The notes: generated by a model not told the origin, from the sequence alone. A stretch of DNA of 64,000 nt from an uncultured Candidatus Saccharibacteria bacterium (GCA_964355515.1 CAYHDV010000002.1:6622-70621); one strand, 5' to 3'. Shown: positions 1 to 10,438, numbered from the stretch's first letter. Program-made: numbers and translations.

Positions 1-2753
1 GAAGACACGCGACTTCAGATCTAAACGATTTGTATCGAAGAGTAATCAACCGAAACAACCGACTTAAAAAGCTAAAAGAAATTGGAGCACCTGATGTAAT
101 CCTGCGAAACGAAAAGCGAATCATGCAAGAGGCTGTGGATGCTTTGATTGATAACTCAATCGCAAAACATGGAGACTCTGCGATGAACCAAGCACAACGG
201 CGAGCACTAAAATCTCTTGCTGATAACTTGAAATCAAAACAAGGTCTCTTCCGACAAAACTTGCTTGGTAAACGAGTAGACTATTCAGGGCGATCTGTAA
301 TCGTTGTTGGAGCTACTTTGAAAATGAACCAATGTGGTCTACCAAAGAGAATGGCCATGGAACTTTTCCGACCATTTGTTATTGGAAAAATTCTTGAAGG
401 AGAACTTGCTTTCAACATTCGAGGAGCAAACAAACTTATAGAAGAAGGAGTGCCTGAAGTATGGGCTATTCTAGAAGAAATTATCGAAGGAAAGTTCGTT
501 CTTCTTAACCGAGCACCTACACTTCACCGACTTGGAATCCAAGCTTTTAACCCGATTCTTATTGAAGGAAAAGCTATCCAAGTGCATCCTCTTGTTTGTG
601 CTGCCTTTAACGCTGACTTCGATGGAGACCAGATGGCTGTTCATGTGCCACTTTCAGAACTTGCTCAAGCAGAAGCGAGAGATTTGATGGCCGCAAACAA
701 AAACCTTCTAAAACCTCAAGATGGAAACCCTATCGTGAGCCCCGCTCTTGATATGGTTCTTGGATGTTACTGGATGACAAAATCTATGGATGGTGAAAAG
801 GGAGAGGGAATGTATTTCTCTTCTCCAAACGAAGCCATGTCAGCATATGATTATGGAATTATTGATTTCCGAGCAAAGATAAATGTTAAAGCTACAGATA
901 GTGAAAGATATTCTCAATTTAAGGGTGGAATATTCCAAACATCTGTTGGGCGACTATTTTTCAACTCAGTATTTCCAAAAGATTTTGGTTATGTAAATGA
1001 TGAAATGACAAAGAAGCGTCTTTCAAAACTTGTAGATCAGCTTATTGCTCACTACGGTATTGATGATACTCCAAAGGTTCTTGATGCTATCAAGAAGTTT
1101 GGTTATCAATATTCTACAAAATCAGGAATCACTTGGGGTATCGACAACGTAAACGTTCCAGAAGAAAGAGAAGGTATTATTTTGAAAGGACGAGGAGAAG
1201 AAACAGAAATCAGAAGCCAATTCAACGAAGGTCTTCTTTCAGAAGATGAAAAATATCGAAAGATTATTTCACTATGGGAGAGAATAAAAAATGAAATTCA
1301 AGATGTCATGGTGCCATCTCTTGATCCAAGAGGAGCAACATATGACATGATTACTTCTGGAGCCAGAGGTGCTCTTCACCAGATAACTCAGATGGGAGGT
1401 ATTATCGGAACAATCGTTAACACAAAAGGACAACCTCTTGAATTCCCCGTTGTGCGTTCTTACAAAGATGGGCTTTCACCTATCGATTACTTCATTACTA
1501 CTCACGGATCTAGAAAGGGTCTCGCCGACACCGCTCTTAAAACAGCTCAAGCTGGATATCTGACACGACGTCTTGTTGATGTTGCTCAAGATGTGGTTAT
1601 TAACCATGAGGATTGTGGTACAAAGGAACATGTTGTGGCTGTAGCTGAAAACATTTCAGGACTAGAAATTCCACTATCAAAAAATATTTATGGACGAACA
1701 GCCGCAAAAGATGTGGCAACTCCAGACGGAGAAGTTCTATATAAAAAGGGAACAGTTATTACAAAAGAAATTTCTCAAGACATTGAATCAAAAGGAGTTT
1801 TGGAAGTTTCAATCCATACACCACTTAAATGTGCATTGCTACATGGAGTATGTCAAAAATGCTACGGACTAGACTTGGCTCGAGGTAAGAATACTCAAAT
1901 AGGAGAAGCTATTGGTATTATTGCTGCCCAAGCTATTGGAGAACCTGGAACTCAGCTTACACTTCGAACTTTCCACCAAGGAGGAGTTGCCGGAGGAGCC
2001 GACATCACACAGGGTCTTCCTCGTGTTGAAGAGGTATTTGATAGACGAACTCCAAAGAACCCAGCGGTTGTTGCCCAGACAAAGGGTCACATTGTTGCGA
2101 TAAAAGAAGAAGATGGAAGAAAAGTTATTACTGTTCTTTCTGAAACAAAAGTAAAAGGAACAAACACTATTCTTTATGTCACTCCACCACACCGAATTCC
2201 TGTAGTTACTCCAGGTCAAGAAATTTATCCAGGACAACTTCTTACTGATGGTTCTGCAAACATCCAAGAAATATTCAAATATGGGGGAAGAGAGCTTGCC
2301 GAAAAATATGTTATTGATGAGATCAATAAGGTATATGAGTTGCAAGGAGCACCTATAGCCAAGAAACATCTTGAGGTTATCGTAAAGCAAATGTTCTCTC
2401 GAAGACAAGTTACTGAATCAGGAGACAGCTCACTTTCTGTTGGTGAAAAAGTTGAAGCAATTCATCTTCATGAAGAAAATGAAAAAGTGGCAAAAGAAGG
2501 AGGTAGACCAGCAGAAGCGGATGTTATACTACTTGGAATTACTCAAGTGTCACTTTCAGCGAAGAGTTGGCTATCAGCCGCTTCATTCCAGAACACTTCA
2601 CGAGTTCTTATTGCAAATGCAGTAAAGAGAGGAGTAGATGATCTACGAGGTCTCAAAGAAAATGTTATTATTGGAAGAAGAATCCCAGCAGGAACAGGAC
2701 TCAGAGACCCAGAAGATGTAAAGGATGTAGATCTTGAAGGATATAGAGACTAA
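1..2753 (+). CDS. rpoC: DNA-directed RNA polymerase beta' subunit, C-terminal ~915 aa (5'-partial; continues upstream of window)
   Basis: ORF frame is open to nt 3. In-frame upstream residues [17 protein letters not shown] match the conserved beta' motif, NADFDGDQM catalytic motif is present, and large size with typical beta' C-terminal domains. Confidence 0.95.
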   Translation, partial: RHATSDLNDLYRRVINRNNRLKKLKEIGAPDVILRNEKRIMQEAVDALIDNSIAKHGDSAMNQAQRRALKSLADNLKSKQGLFRQNLLGKRVDYSGRSVIVVGATLKMNQCGLPKRMAMELFRPFVIGKILEGELAFNIRGANKLIEEGVPEVWAILEEIIEGKFVLLNRAPTLHRLGIQAFNPILIEGKAIQVHPLVCAAFNADFDGDQMAVHVPLSELAQAEARDLMAANKNLLKPQDGNPIVSPALDMVLGCYWMTKSMDGEKGEGMYFSSPNEAMSAYDYGIIDFRAKINVKATDSERYSQFKGGIFQTSVGRLFFNSVFPKDFGYVNDEMTKKRLSKLVDQLIAHYGIDDTPKVLDAIKKFGYQYSTKSGITWGIDNVNVPEEREGIILKGRGEETEIRSQFNEGLLSEDEKYRKIISLWERIKNEIQDVMVPSLDPRGATYDMITSGARGALHQITQMGGIIGTIVNTKGQPLEFPVVRSYKDGLSPIDYFITTHGSRKGLADTALKTAQAGYLTRRLVDVAQDVVINHEDCGTKEHVVAVAENISGLEIPLSKNIYGRTAAKDVATPDGEVLYKKGTVITKEISQDIESKGVLEVSIHTPLKCALLHGVCQKCYGLDLARGKNTQIGEAIGIIAAQAIGEPGTQLTLRTFHQGGVAGGADITQGLPRVEEVFDRRTPKNPAVVAQTKGHIVAIKEEDGRKVITVLSETKVKGTNTILYVTPPHRIPVVTPGQEIYPGQLLTDGSANIQEIFKYGGRELAEKYVIDEINKVYELQGAPIAKKHLEVIVKQMFSRRQVTESGDSSLSVGEKVEAIHLHEENEKVAKEGGRPAEADVILLGITQVSLSAKSWLSAASFQNTSRVLIANAVKRGVDDLRGLKENVIIGRRIPAGTGLRDPEDVKDVDLEGYRD

Positions 2754-2762
2754 CCAAAAAAC

Positions 2763-4445
2763 ATGAGTGATCCCGTAGAACAAATAAAAGAGAGAATATC
2801 TATTGTTGATGTTATATCAACCTACATAACTCTTATACCTGCGGGGAAAAACTACAAAGCAGTTTGTCCTTTTCACAATGAAAAAACACCAAGCTTTCAT
2901 GTCTCTCCAGATAGAGGAAGTTATTACTGTTTTGGTTGTGGGGCAAAAGGAGACATATTTTCCTTCGTTCAAGAATTTGAAGGATTGGATTTTAAGGGGT
3001 CTCTATCTGTACTCGCACAAAAAGCAGGAGTAACTCTCACAAAGTTTGTTGGAGAGAAAAAAGAGAAAAATGACAATCTCTACGAAATTATGGAGAAAGC
3101 AACACTCTTTTTTGAGCAGAAATATAAAGAAAGTGAATTCGCTCAATCGTATGTTAAAAAAAGAGGTTTAGAAGAGGAAACTTCAAAACTATTTCGTTTA
3201 GGTTTTGCGCCAGATGATTGGAGAGGTCTTTTCGACCACTTGTCTTCTCTTGGTTATGATAAAAAAGAAATCATGCTTGTTGGCCTGATAAAAGAAGGAA
3301 ATGGAAGTACCTATGATAGATTCAGAAATCGGATAATGTTTCCTATTTTTGATTCAAGTAGTCGAGTGATAGCTTTTACAGGAAGAGCTATGATATCTGA
3401 TGAAAAAACTGCAAAGTATCTAAACAGCCCAGAAACTCCTCTCTTCCAAAAATCAGATATTCTGTATGGCTTACATCTTGCAAAAAATAGCATTAGAAAA
3501 GTAGATTATACAATTCTTGTTGAAGGACAGCTTGATTTGTTACTCTCTTATCAGTCAGGGTATACAAATACCGTTGCTTCATCAGGGACAGCACTCACAG
3601 AAAATACCTCAAAAGGCGAATCCCTGAATCACTTTGGGATAATCAAGAGATTATCAAACAAAGTTATTATTGCTTTTGATCGCGACCAAGCGGGCTTAAA
3701 AGCAATGTATCGTGCTGTAAAAATATTCTTGTCATTGGGAATGGAAGCTAGGACAGCCGATCTTCCAGAAGGCAAAGACCCAGCAGATGTGATAACTCAA
3801 GATGGTAAGGATGCGTGGAAAACTATTCTAAAAAACTCAGAACATAGTATTATATTCTTAACGAGATATATCGCTCAAAAAGAAAAAGACCCAAGACTCG
3901 TTGCAAAAAAAATTCAGGAAAAGATTCTACCTCTTGTTGCCCTAATAGAAAGCTCAATGGAACAATCTTTTTTTGTCAGAGAAATATCTGGGATTGTAAA
4001 TATTGGAGAGCAAGATATTTTTTCTGACCTGAAGAGGGTTATTGCTGGATTTTCTGTTACAATCCAAAAGGGTGAGGTTCTCACACAGGCTAATATTCGA
4101 AGATTTGACAAAGAATCAGAGATAAGAAGAATGCTTGCAGGAATGTATTCACTTTTGTTGGAGCGAGGGGAAATTATTCCCGAAGAAGATACTTTCGTCA
4201 AAGAGATTGTGGATTCTTTTACTGACAAAGAGAAAACCGGGTTCATGTTTGAAATAGAAGAAATCTACAAAGATGATATAAAGAAACTCCGCGAAGATCT
4301 CAAGCTCTATATTGTAGAATCAAAACAATTCTTACTCAAAAATAGGCTATCAGAATTAGAAATAGAAATAAGAAATGGAGGGGGAGAGGAGGTGCTTAGA
4401 AAATATCAAGATATTTTAAAAACCATTAACAGTAATAATATCTAA
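2763..4445 (+). CDS. dnaG: DNA primase
   Basis: N-terminal CHC2 zinc finger (CPFHNEKTPSFHV…CFGCGAKGD). TOPRIM signatures (LVEGQLD, DRDQAG). Position between rpoC and rpoD. Confidence 0.92.
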   Translation: MSDPVEQIKERISIVDVISTYITLIPAGKNYKAVCPFHNEKTPSFHVSPDRGSYYCFGCGAKGDIFSFVQEFEGLDFKGSLSVLAQKAGVTLTKFVGEKKEKNDNLYEIMEKATLFFEQKYKESEFAQSYVKKRGLEEETSKLFRLGFAPDDWRGLFDHLSSLGYDKKEIMLVGLIKEGNGSTYDRFRNRIMFPIFDSSSRVIAFTGRAMISDEKTAKYLNSPETPLFQKSDILYGLHLAKNSIRKVDYTILVEGQLDLLLSYQSGYTNTVASSGTALTENTSKGESLNHFGIIKRLSNKVIIAFDRDQAGLKAMYRAVKIFLSLGMEARTADLPEGKDPADVITQDGKDAWKTILKNSEHSIIFLTRYIAQKEKDPRLVAKKIQEKILPLVALIESSMEQSFFVREISGIVNIGEQDIFSDLKRVIAGFSVTIQKGEVLTQANIRRFDKESEIRRMLAGMYSLLLERGEIIPEEDTFVKEIVDSFTDKEKTGFMFEIEEIYKDDIKKLREDLKLYIVESKQFLLKNRLSELEIEIRNGGGEEVLRKYQDILKTINSNNI

Positions 4446-4454
4446 CCAATTTGT

Positions 4455-5756
4455 ATGGCAACAAAAAAAGCTACAAGTAAAAAAAAGGTTTCTGTAGGGA
4501 AACAAATACCACGAAAAAATAATTCTGAAACTAAAAAGTCAGGGGTTACATCCGTGGCTAAAAAATCAACAAAAAAACCAGCTCCAGTTAGAAAAAATAC
4601 TGTTACAAAAGTTAAAGAAAAGAAGACCGCAACACCTCCAATTAAAAAAGAAAAAAAAACCACTTCTGGAGTTACAAAAAATAAATCAGAAAAAAAACAA
4701 GACCAAGCATCTCTTCTGATAACAAAAGGTAAGAAAAGAGGTTTTATAACCTATGATGAAATTCTAAAAGAGTTTCCAACCATTGAAACGGATGTTGTTT
4801 TTCTTGATGATTTGTATAGCCAGTTTATCGATGCCGGAGTGGATGTTCTAGAAGGAGGGAACCTCCTCCAGCTAGAAGATGAAAATCCAAAGAAAAAAGT
4901 GAGGCTTGGTAGGGAAGATGCAAGTTATGATTCAATTCAAATTTATTTGAAAGAGATTGGGCAGTTTCCACTTATCAAAGCTGCTGAAGAGCGAAACCTT
5001 GCCCAAAGAATAGAAGCAGGGGACGAAGAAGCCAAAAACCTTCTTGCCAGGGCCAACCTGCGACTTGTGGTTTCTATTGCCAAAAAATATTCAAACAGAA
5101 GCTCTGACCTGACACTACTTGATCTTATCCAAGAGGGAAACTTGGGTCTTTTTAAGGCGGTAGAGAAATTTGATTGGACAAAAGGTTACAAATTCTCAAC
5201 TTATGCTACTTGGTGGATAAGACAGTCTATTACTCGAGCACTTGCTGATCAGTCTCGAACAATTCGAATCCCTGTTCACATGGTGGAGACTATTTCAAAA
5301 TATAAACAAATATATCGAAGACTTTCTCAGGACTTGGGGCGAGAACCACTTGCAGAAGAGGTGGCAACAGAGATGGGTGTAGATGTAGAAAAAATCCACA
5401 TCATCGAAAAAATCTCTCAAGATACTACCTCACTTGAAAAGCCGATCAACGATGATGAAGAGAAGTCAACTCTAGCTGAGTTTATTGCGGATGATAAAAT
5501 CTTGCGTCCTGATCAGGAGTCTGCACAGAGAATTCTCCACGATCAAATATTTGAAGTGTTAGATGAGCTCTCTCCAAAAGAAAGAAAAATTCTTGAGATG
5601 AGATATGGGCTTATAAATGGAGTTCAACATACGCTAGAAGAGGTAGGACAAGAATTCGGCGTTACTCGTGAGCGTATTCGTCAGATTGAGGCGAAGGTTC
5701 ATGAAAAGTTGAGGGGTCATGAGAAGATTGCGAGATTGCGGAATCATTTTGATTAA
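4455..5756 (+). CDS. rpoD: RNA polymerase sigma-70 factor RpoD with Lys-rich N-terminal extension
   Basis: Region 2.4 ([15 protein letters not shown]), region 3 (IRIPVHMVE) and region 4.2 HTH ([23 protein letters not shown]). First ~90 aa are a K/T/S-rich low-complexity tail. Confidence 0.92.
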   Translation: MATKKATSKKKVSVGKQIPRKNNSETKKSGVTSVAKKSTKKPAPVRKNTVTKVKEKKTATPPIKKEKKTTSGVTKNKSEKKQDQASLLITKGKKRGFITYDEILKEFPTIETDVVFLDDLYSQFIDAGVDVLEGGNLLQLEDENPKKKVRLGREDASYDSIQIYLKEIGQFPLIKAAEERNLAQRIEAGDEEAKNLLARANLRLVVSIAKKYSNRSSDLTLLDLIQEGNLGLFKAVEKFDWTKGYKFSTYATWWIRQSITRALADQSRTIRIPVHMVETISKYKQIYRRLSQDLGREPLAEEVATEMGVDVEKIHIIEKISQDTTSLEKPINDDEEKSTLAEFIADDKILRPDQESAQRILHDQIFEVLDELSPKERKILEMRYGLINGVQHTLEEVGQEFGVTRERIRQIEAKVHEKLRGHEKIARLRNHFD

Positions 5757-5760
5757 AACC

Positions 5761-6110
5761 TGGTCATCCTGGTAGAAGATACTTGTCATCCTGAATTCAT
5801 TTCAGGATCTAAAGCCCTTTTAATCATCACACTCCGTTGTTTTCCCCGCGCAGGCGGGGATCTAAATAATATCTTTCTTTTTCCATCGCTGAAAAAGAAA
5901 CAAAAAAGCTAGACCTCTTCCAAACAAACTAAAAACAACCTACAAATTGCTGTGTCTCGCTAAGCGCTGCGCTACGAGCTCGACACGGGCACAATTTGTA
6001 GGTTGTTTTCTTAACGCTTGTTTGGAAAACGGTCAAAGATTTCAAGTTTTCAAAAACCGTGAATATTTTAAAAGTTAAAGCTCAAATGTCAAAAGGTGAC
6101 TTGTCTTTAT
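5761..6110 (+). repeat. Structured intergenic repeat element, copy A (family 1), with a 78-nt perfect nested hairpin at 5932..6009
   Basis: Blocks 5872..5925 and 6029..6095 are near-identical to 53237..53286 and 53391..53455, and in reverse complement to 13636..13680 and 13518..13556. The central hairpin has an 18-bp perfect stem. Confidence 0.8.
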
Positions 6111-6187
6111 TTTTTCGGGGGGATGTCTCACTGGAGATAAAAACTAGTTTTCAAAAGTTGAACCTCTGAAAGTTTTAAGTAACTAAA

Positions 6188-6226
6188 TAAAAAAACCGTG
6201 TCGCAAACTGCAACACGGTTTTTATC
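6188..6226 (-). terminator. Rho-independent terminator for the 6243..6593 gene
   Basis: Hairpin ccgtgtcgcaaactgcaacacgg followed by a T-run on the minus strand. Confidence 0.6.
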
Positions 6227-6242
6227 TACCAGCAGCACTGAT

Positions 6243-6593
6243 CTACACACCGGTGATCCAGTACCCGGCGGCCAGTATGATAGATAGCCCTCCGGCTATC
6301 AAAAATCCAATAGTGGGTACCCCCAACTTTTTGTTGTTGGAAAGATAGTGTCCAGCCCCTCCAGACAATGCCGACAGAGCCAGGAATATCATTGCCAAAG
6401 CAAAGTTTTTTGAGTCCAAGTATCCCTCTGGGGTGGTATGAGTTATTGACATCACAAGATAGGCGATAGCCATAATTCCCGTTAATAGCGTAAAGAAGAT
6501 ACCAGGACCTTCTGAGGCTTGAATATGCTTGAATTCATAAACAGGCTCTACTGCTCTTTCTCTTTTTATAAGAGTAATTCTTCGATTTTCCAT
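6243..6593 (-). CDS. Small integral membrane protein (3–4 TM), function unknown
   Basis: Clean ORF with hydrophobic helices and a downstream terminator. Confidence 0.55.
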   Translation of the reverse strand: MENRRITLIKRERAVEPVYEFKHIQASEGPGIFFTLLTGIMAIAYLVMSITHTTPEGYLDSKNFALAMIFLALSALSGGAGHYLSNNKKLGVPTIGFLIAGGLSIILAAGYWITGV

Positions 6594-6748
6594 TCTATAT
6601 TTTATTTGTTAAGTTTCCTATATTATATCATAATAAGTATCAATTTGTCAAGCAATACAAAAATTGTGAAAAAGCTTGCTATGAAGCTTTGGATTTGATT
6701 GGTACAATATATGTAGGTCTAATTATTAAAAATTAATTCTATAAATTT

Positions 6749-7015
6749 ATGATTAAAAAAATATCATGGTGGCTAATGTGGATTGGAGCTCTAAACTGGG
6801 GGCTTGTGGGGATTGGAGGATTCATGGGTTCAAACTGGAACCTTGTAAATCTTATCTTTGGTGGGATGCCAGTTCTTGAAATGATTATTTATATTCTTGT
6901 GGGTCTATCAGCTGTTGTGGCCATGAGCTCATGTCAGGGATGTAATGGTTGTGGAAAAGGGAAATGTGAGGCTTGTGCCATGGGTTCATGTTCTATGCAT
7001 GAAAAGAAAATGTAG
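6749..7015 (+). CDS. DUF378-family small membrane protein with Cys-rich C-terminal tail
   Basis: GALNWGLVGIGGF motif is typical of DUF378/YuiB-like proteins. The C-terminal 28 aa carry 8 Cys (CQGCNGCGKGKCEACAMGSCSMH). Confidence 0.6.
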   Translation: MIKKISWWLMWIGALNWGLVGIGGFMGSNWNLVNLIFGGMPVLEMIIYILVGLSAVVAMSSCQGCNGCGKGKCEACAMGSCSMHEKKM

Positions 7016-7033
7016 ATTATTTTAGCCAAAATA

Positions 7034-7063
7034 AAAAGCCCACTTACATAGTGGGCTTTTTTG
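7034..7063. terminator. Bidirectional hairpin terminator between convergent genes
   Basis: aaaaagcccacttacatagtgggctttttt, which overlaps the 3' end of the minus-strand GT2 gene. Confidence 0.6.
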
Positions 7064-7784
7064 TTTCGGGGGCTTTGTACTGATAGTACTTTTTTAGATA
7101 CTCGTACAAGTACCTGATACTAGTTGTGAATACTCCTTCACGATTGAATCTTCTTGGGGAGCTCTTCATAACCAGTTTGGGTTCGAATAGTACTCGTCCC
7201 ACCGTGTTTGCAATCATGATTGCGGTTAAGCCATCGTCTCCCCAGAATTTTTCTGGTGGGAGGCCACCTATGGCATCCAGAGTAGATTTTCTTAGTGCGA
7301 AGTTCCCTCCAATCAGAACGCCAGCTTTTTTCCTAAATATGAAGAAAAGGAAAACATCTGCTTTGGAAAAGATTTTTGCATAAAGACCACTCAACCATTT
7401 TCCTATGCCAGTCAGCCCAAAATCGTATGGGCCAGACACGGCAGCAACTCCAGGGATAGAGAGGTATTTTACGATATCTTCTAGCCAAGTTTCTCCAGGC
7501 TCACAATCCGCATCACAGAAAGCATAAATGTCTGTGTTTTTATCTGATTCATCAACTCCTCTCTGTCTAGCAAAGTTGGTTCCTTGGGTCTTTTCTGCAA
7601 CCACTTTGTCTGCTTTGAGCTTAGCCAGCTCTCCAGTGATATCCCCTGAGTTATTATCAACAACAATAATCTTATAGCTTCCTCTGGGTAGGGTTTGTCT
7701 TTCTAGGGCCTCTAAGGCTTGTGGGATAAACTCTGCTTCATTATAAGCCGGTATAATAACCGATATTCTTGGTATTTTATCCAT
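7044..7784 (-). CDS. Family-2 glycosyltransferase
   Basis: VIIPAYNEAEFI…VVDNNSGD…DADC, a GT2 (GT-A fold) N-terminal signature. Confidence 0.8.
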   Translation of the reverse strand: MDKIPRISVIIPAYNEAEFIPQALEALERQTLPRGSYKIIVVDNNSGDITGELAKLKADKVVAEKTQGTNFARQRGVDESDKNTDIYAFCDADCEPGETWLEDIVKYLSIPGVAAVSGPYDFGLTGIGKWLSGLYAKIFSKADVFLFFIFRKKAGVLIGGNFALRKSTLDAIGGLPPEKFWGDDGLTAIMIANTVGRVLFEPKLVMKSSPRRFNREGVFTTSIRYLYEYLKKYYQYKAPETKKPTM

Positions 7785-7847
7785 GTGTACTTATTTTTCA
7801 GATACTTTAACTTATTGCTTGAATAATTGCCAGGGTTTGTCTATATC

Positions 7848-8888
7848 CTAAATCTCTAGTAGGTAGTAGTTTTCTTGGTCATATACATAGAGTGTATCTT
7901 TGTCATCTATCACGAAAGAGATATTCTGACCTTGAAACAAGGGGAAAATGTTTCTCTTACCTCTCCCATCAAGCTCTACCACGAATAGCCCATCTTCTTT
8001 TGTGATGATAAGCACATCACTTCTTTCGGGGAAGAAATCAAAATGTGAATAAGCTGAAATCTCAGTTATCTCTTTTGGTATTTGACATGTTGGGGCATCA
8101 TCACAGTAAAAAGCTGTGTTGCTTGAATTTTTTTCTAACGCAGATAGGATTGTTTTACCATTGTTTGTTTGCCACACTTCTATTTTCTGTTGCTTTTTTA
8201 TATGCAGCCTAGGCTCTCCAATTGCAAGGATATCCTCTGTCGTTACAATAGCTTCTCCCGTTGTCGTTGCGGTGTTTTGTTCATGAGTTTCCTCTAGCAG
8301 GTCTTCGTATTTTGCAAATGAAATCCTATAGTCTTTGTACTCCTTAGCCCAGTCTTTTTCTGATTCTTCAAAAAGTGCCACCACTTTTTCGTAAAGAGGG
8401 TTTTTTACTTTTGATTCTTCTACTCCACTATTATTTAGAAGATTTGAGGCTGAAGAAAGTTCATCCACTGCCTGATCAATATCAGTTTCTGTTGTGAGGT
8501 ACTTTGGGACTAGAGTCTTTTCTGGGTTTATTGCTACTAGAAATGGAGATACTTCGGTTGTTTTTTGGCTTTCAATTAAAATAGTTTTTTCCCAAGAGTG
8601 GTAGTCTACCAACTCTGTTCGAATAGTGTATTCTCTGGGTTTTAGACTCTGGACGAAGTAGTACCTCTGAAGAAAGCTTGTTAGCTTGCTATCAAGAGGC
8701 TTCTCATCCAAAAGAATTACAACTTCAGTTGTTGGTCTATGAATGTACAGCCCGCCTGTTTTGATAAGTGAGCTATTAGAAAAACGAAATCCTAATGCAT
8801 AGAGAATCAAAAAGGGAAGTATTGATGCAAAGATTGCAACAAAGAAGATAAGTAGTCTATTTCTTTTTTTCTGTGAGAGTGGTTCCAT
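7848..8888 (-). CDS. Membrane-anchored hypothetical protein (N-terminal TM, large extracytoplasmic domain)
   Basis: ORF with one N-terminal hydrophobic helix, sandwiched between two GT2 genes on the same strand. Confidence 0.55.
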   Translation of the reverse strand: MEPLSQKKRNRLLIFFVAIFASILPFLILYALGFRFSNSSLIKTGGLYIHRPTTEVVILLDEKPLDSKLTSFLQRYYFVQSLKPREYTIRTELVDYHSWEKTILIESQKTTEVSPFLVAINPEKTLVPKYLTTETDIDQAVDELSSASNLLNNSGVEESKVKNPLYEKVVALFEESEKDWAKEYKDYRISFAKYEDLLEETHEQNTATTTGEAIVTTEDILAIGEPRLHIKKQQKIEVWQTNNGKTILSALEKNSSNTAFYCDDAPTCQIPKEITEISAYSHFDFFPERSDVLIITKEDGLFVVELDGRGKRNIFPLFQGQNISFVIDDKDTLYVYDQENYYLLEI

Positions 8889-8893
8889 AATAA

Positions 8894-10438
8894 TTATTTT
8901 CTATGTTTTGGTGTTACCCAGAATCCCATATATTTTCCAAACATAAGTCGTGTCTGAGCTTCTATCCCAGGAATTGCACCGAATACAATTATTGTAACAG
9001 GTACGAGAAGCCATTGTAGGAACATATAACCCTTTCTTCTCCATGAATTATATCCTTCTGGTGGTTTCGGTAGGTATCGAAAGGCAACAAGGGCTGAGAT
9101 GAGGATACCTATCATGGATATTGTCATTAGGTATTGAGTCAGGGTTGGTAAATTGTAGGATAGAATTGTCTTGTTGAAATGAGACCCTCCAAGCATAAGA
9201 GGTAGCCATCCAAGTAACAAAATAAAAATTGGATTTGTAGCCAGAGACCAGTATCCATCTATCTGCACTCGTAGTACATCAAACTTTTTTGAAAAAGGAA
9301 TATTTTTATTTTTTATGAAGTTGAAAATAATATAAGGTATATTTTCAGCACCCCACATCCATCTTCGGTGTTGTTTGTAAATATTTTTTATTGTTTGCAA
9401 AAATGTCGGTGCGAGGTTCGCATCCATAGAAACCGGATATGATATAGGTGTTACTGTATAGTTACCATCGTTTGCCATAAATGCATTCCAGAATATTCTA
9501 GAATCTTCTGAAACCATGTTTCTCTGCCAGTAGTTTATTTCATAAAGCGTCTGGAAAGATACTGAGTGTGAAGAAAATGTTACCAGTTTTTCTGGTCGTT
9601 CTTGTTGAATCATTTGCCAAAGTGATCCTGAAGTAGCGGCTACTCGAGAAAAAGCTGGGGCATGCCAGATATTGTTATTGTAGAAAGGAACTGGCTGGAA
9701 AGAAGTTTTGTAAGGGTCTGGAGAGTCCAAGAAGTACCATGTGAGACATGAGAAATATTTGGGAAATATGACAGTGTCGGTATCAAAGTTTGAAACAATT
9801 ACATCTCTATATGGAATATTGTTTGCATCGAGCACCTCTGTCCTTGCTTTATCTATTGCCCAAGAAGTATTGGCTCCTTTTCCAGCATGCTCACCCTCGA
9901 TTCCTGCGGGATGAATTGTCGTAATAAAAAATCCGAAAAGATGAGAATACTTTTTTTGGATATATGCTTGGATTTCTTTTGCATGCTCTTCCTTTGCTCC
10001 TTCACCAGCAAGCACCACAATAATCCTCTTTTTATCATAACTAGCGTCAATAAGTGACTTGAGAGTGCCCTCTACAACTTCCAACGATTCATTATAAAAT
10101 GGAAGAAGAACCATATGCCACAGGTGTTCATATTTGAAATTTTGGAGTTTCTTGTTCCAGTCAAGTTCCATGTTGTACTGCATGCGCTTGTGGTTGTGTA
10201 TTAGATGGATTGATAGGTAGAGAGTTTTTAGTAGCCAAAAAAGGTCAAATGTAATAATAAAAATAGCAGCCCATACGGGTACAAAAATAGATGCAATAAT
10301 TGTACCTAAGATAGTTCCCCAAGTAAGGATACCAGGAAGAGTCTCGAGCAATCGGTATAATACTCGGTCTTTACCTGTTAGATCACTTGCTCGTCCAACA
10401 TGGAACCAAGGATTTTTTGTGTATGGGAGTTGATTCAT
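8894..10438 (-). CDS. Processive membrane GT2 beta-glycosyltransferase (cellulose/chitin/PNAG-synthase-like)
   Basis: QHRRWMWG (QxxRW processivity motif), DTDT and ED motifs, and multiple TM helices at both ends. Confidence 0.75.
   Translation of the reverse strand: MNQLPYTKNPWFHVGRASDLTGKDRVLYRLLETLPGILTWGTILGTIIASIFVPVWAAIFIITFDLFWLLKTLYLSIHLIHNHKRMQYNMELDWNKKLQNFKYEHLWHMVLLPFYNESLEVVEGTLKSLIDASYDKKRIIVVLAGEGAKEEHAKEIQAYIQKKYSHLFGFFITTIHPAGIEGEHAGKGANTSWAIDKARTEVLDANNIPYRDVIVSNFDTDTVIFPKYFSCLTWYFLDSPDPYKTSFQPVPFYNNNIWHAPAFSRVAATSGSLWQMIQQERPEKLVTFSSHSVSFQTLYEINYWQRNMVSEDSRIFWNAFMANDGNYTVTPISYPVSMDANLAPTFLQTIKNIYKQHRRWMWGAENIPYIIFNFIKNKNIPFSKKFDVLRVQIDGYWSLATNPIFILLLGWLPLMLGGSHFNKTILSYNLPTLTQYLMTISMIGILISALVAFRYLPKPPEGYNSWRRKGYMFLQWLLVPVTIIVFGAIPGIEAQTRLMFGKYMGFWVTPKHRK

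Noticed and set aside
1690-4663. Numerous short antisense or alternate-frame ORFs inside rpoC, dnaG and rpoD (e.g. 1869..2408 −, 3914..4246 −, 4442..4663 −)
   Set aside because: They sit inside strongly supported long genes, have low-complexity or hydrophobic junk composition, and show no motifs.
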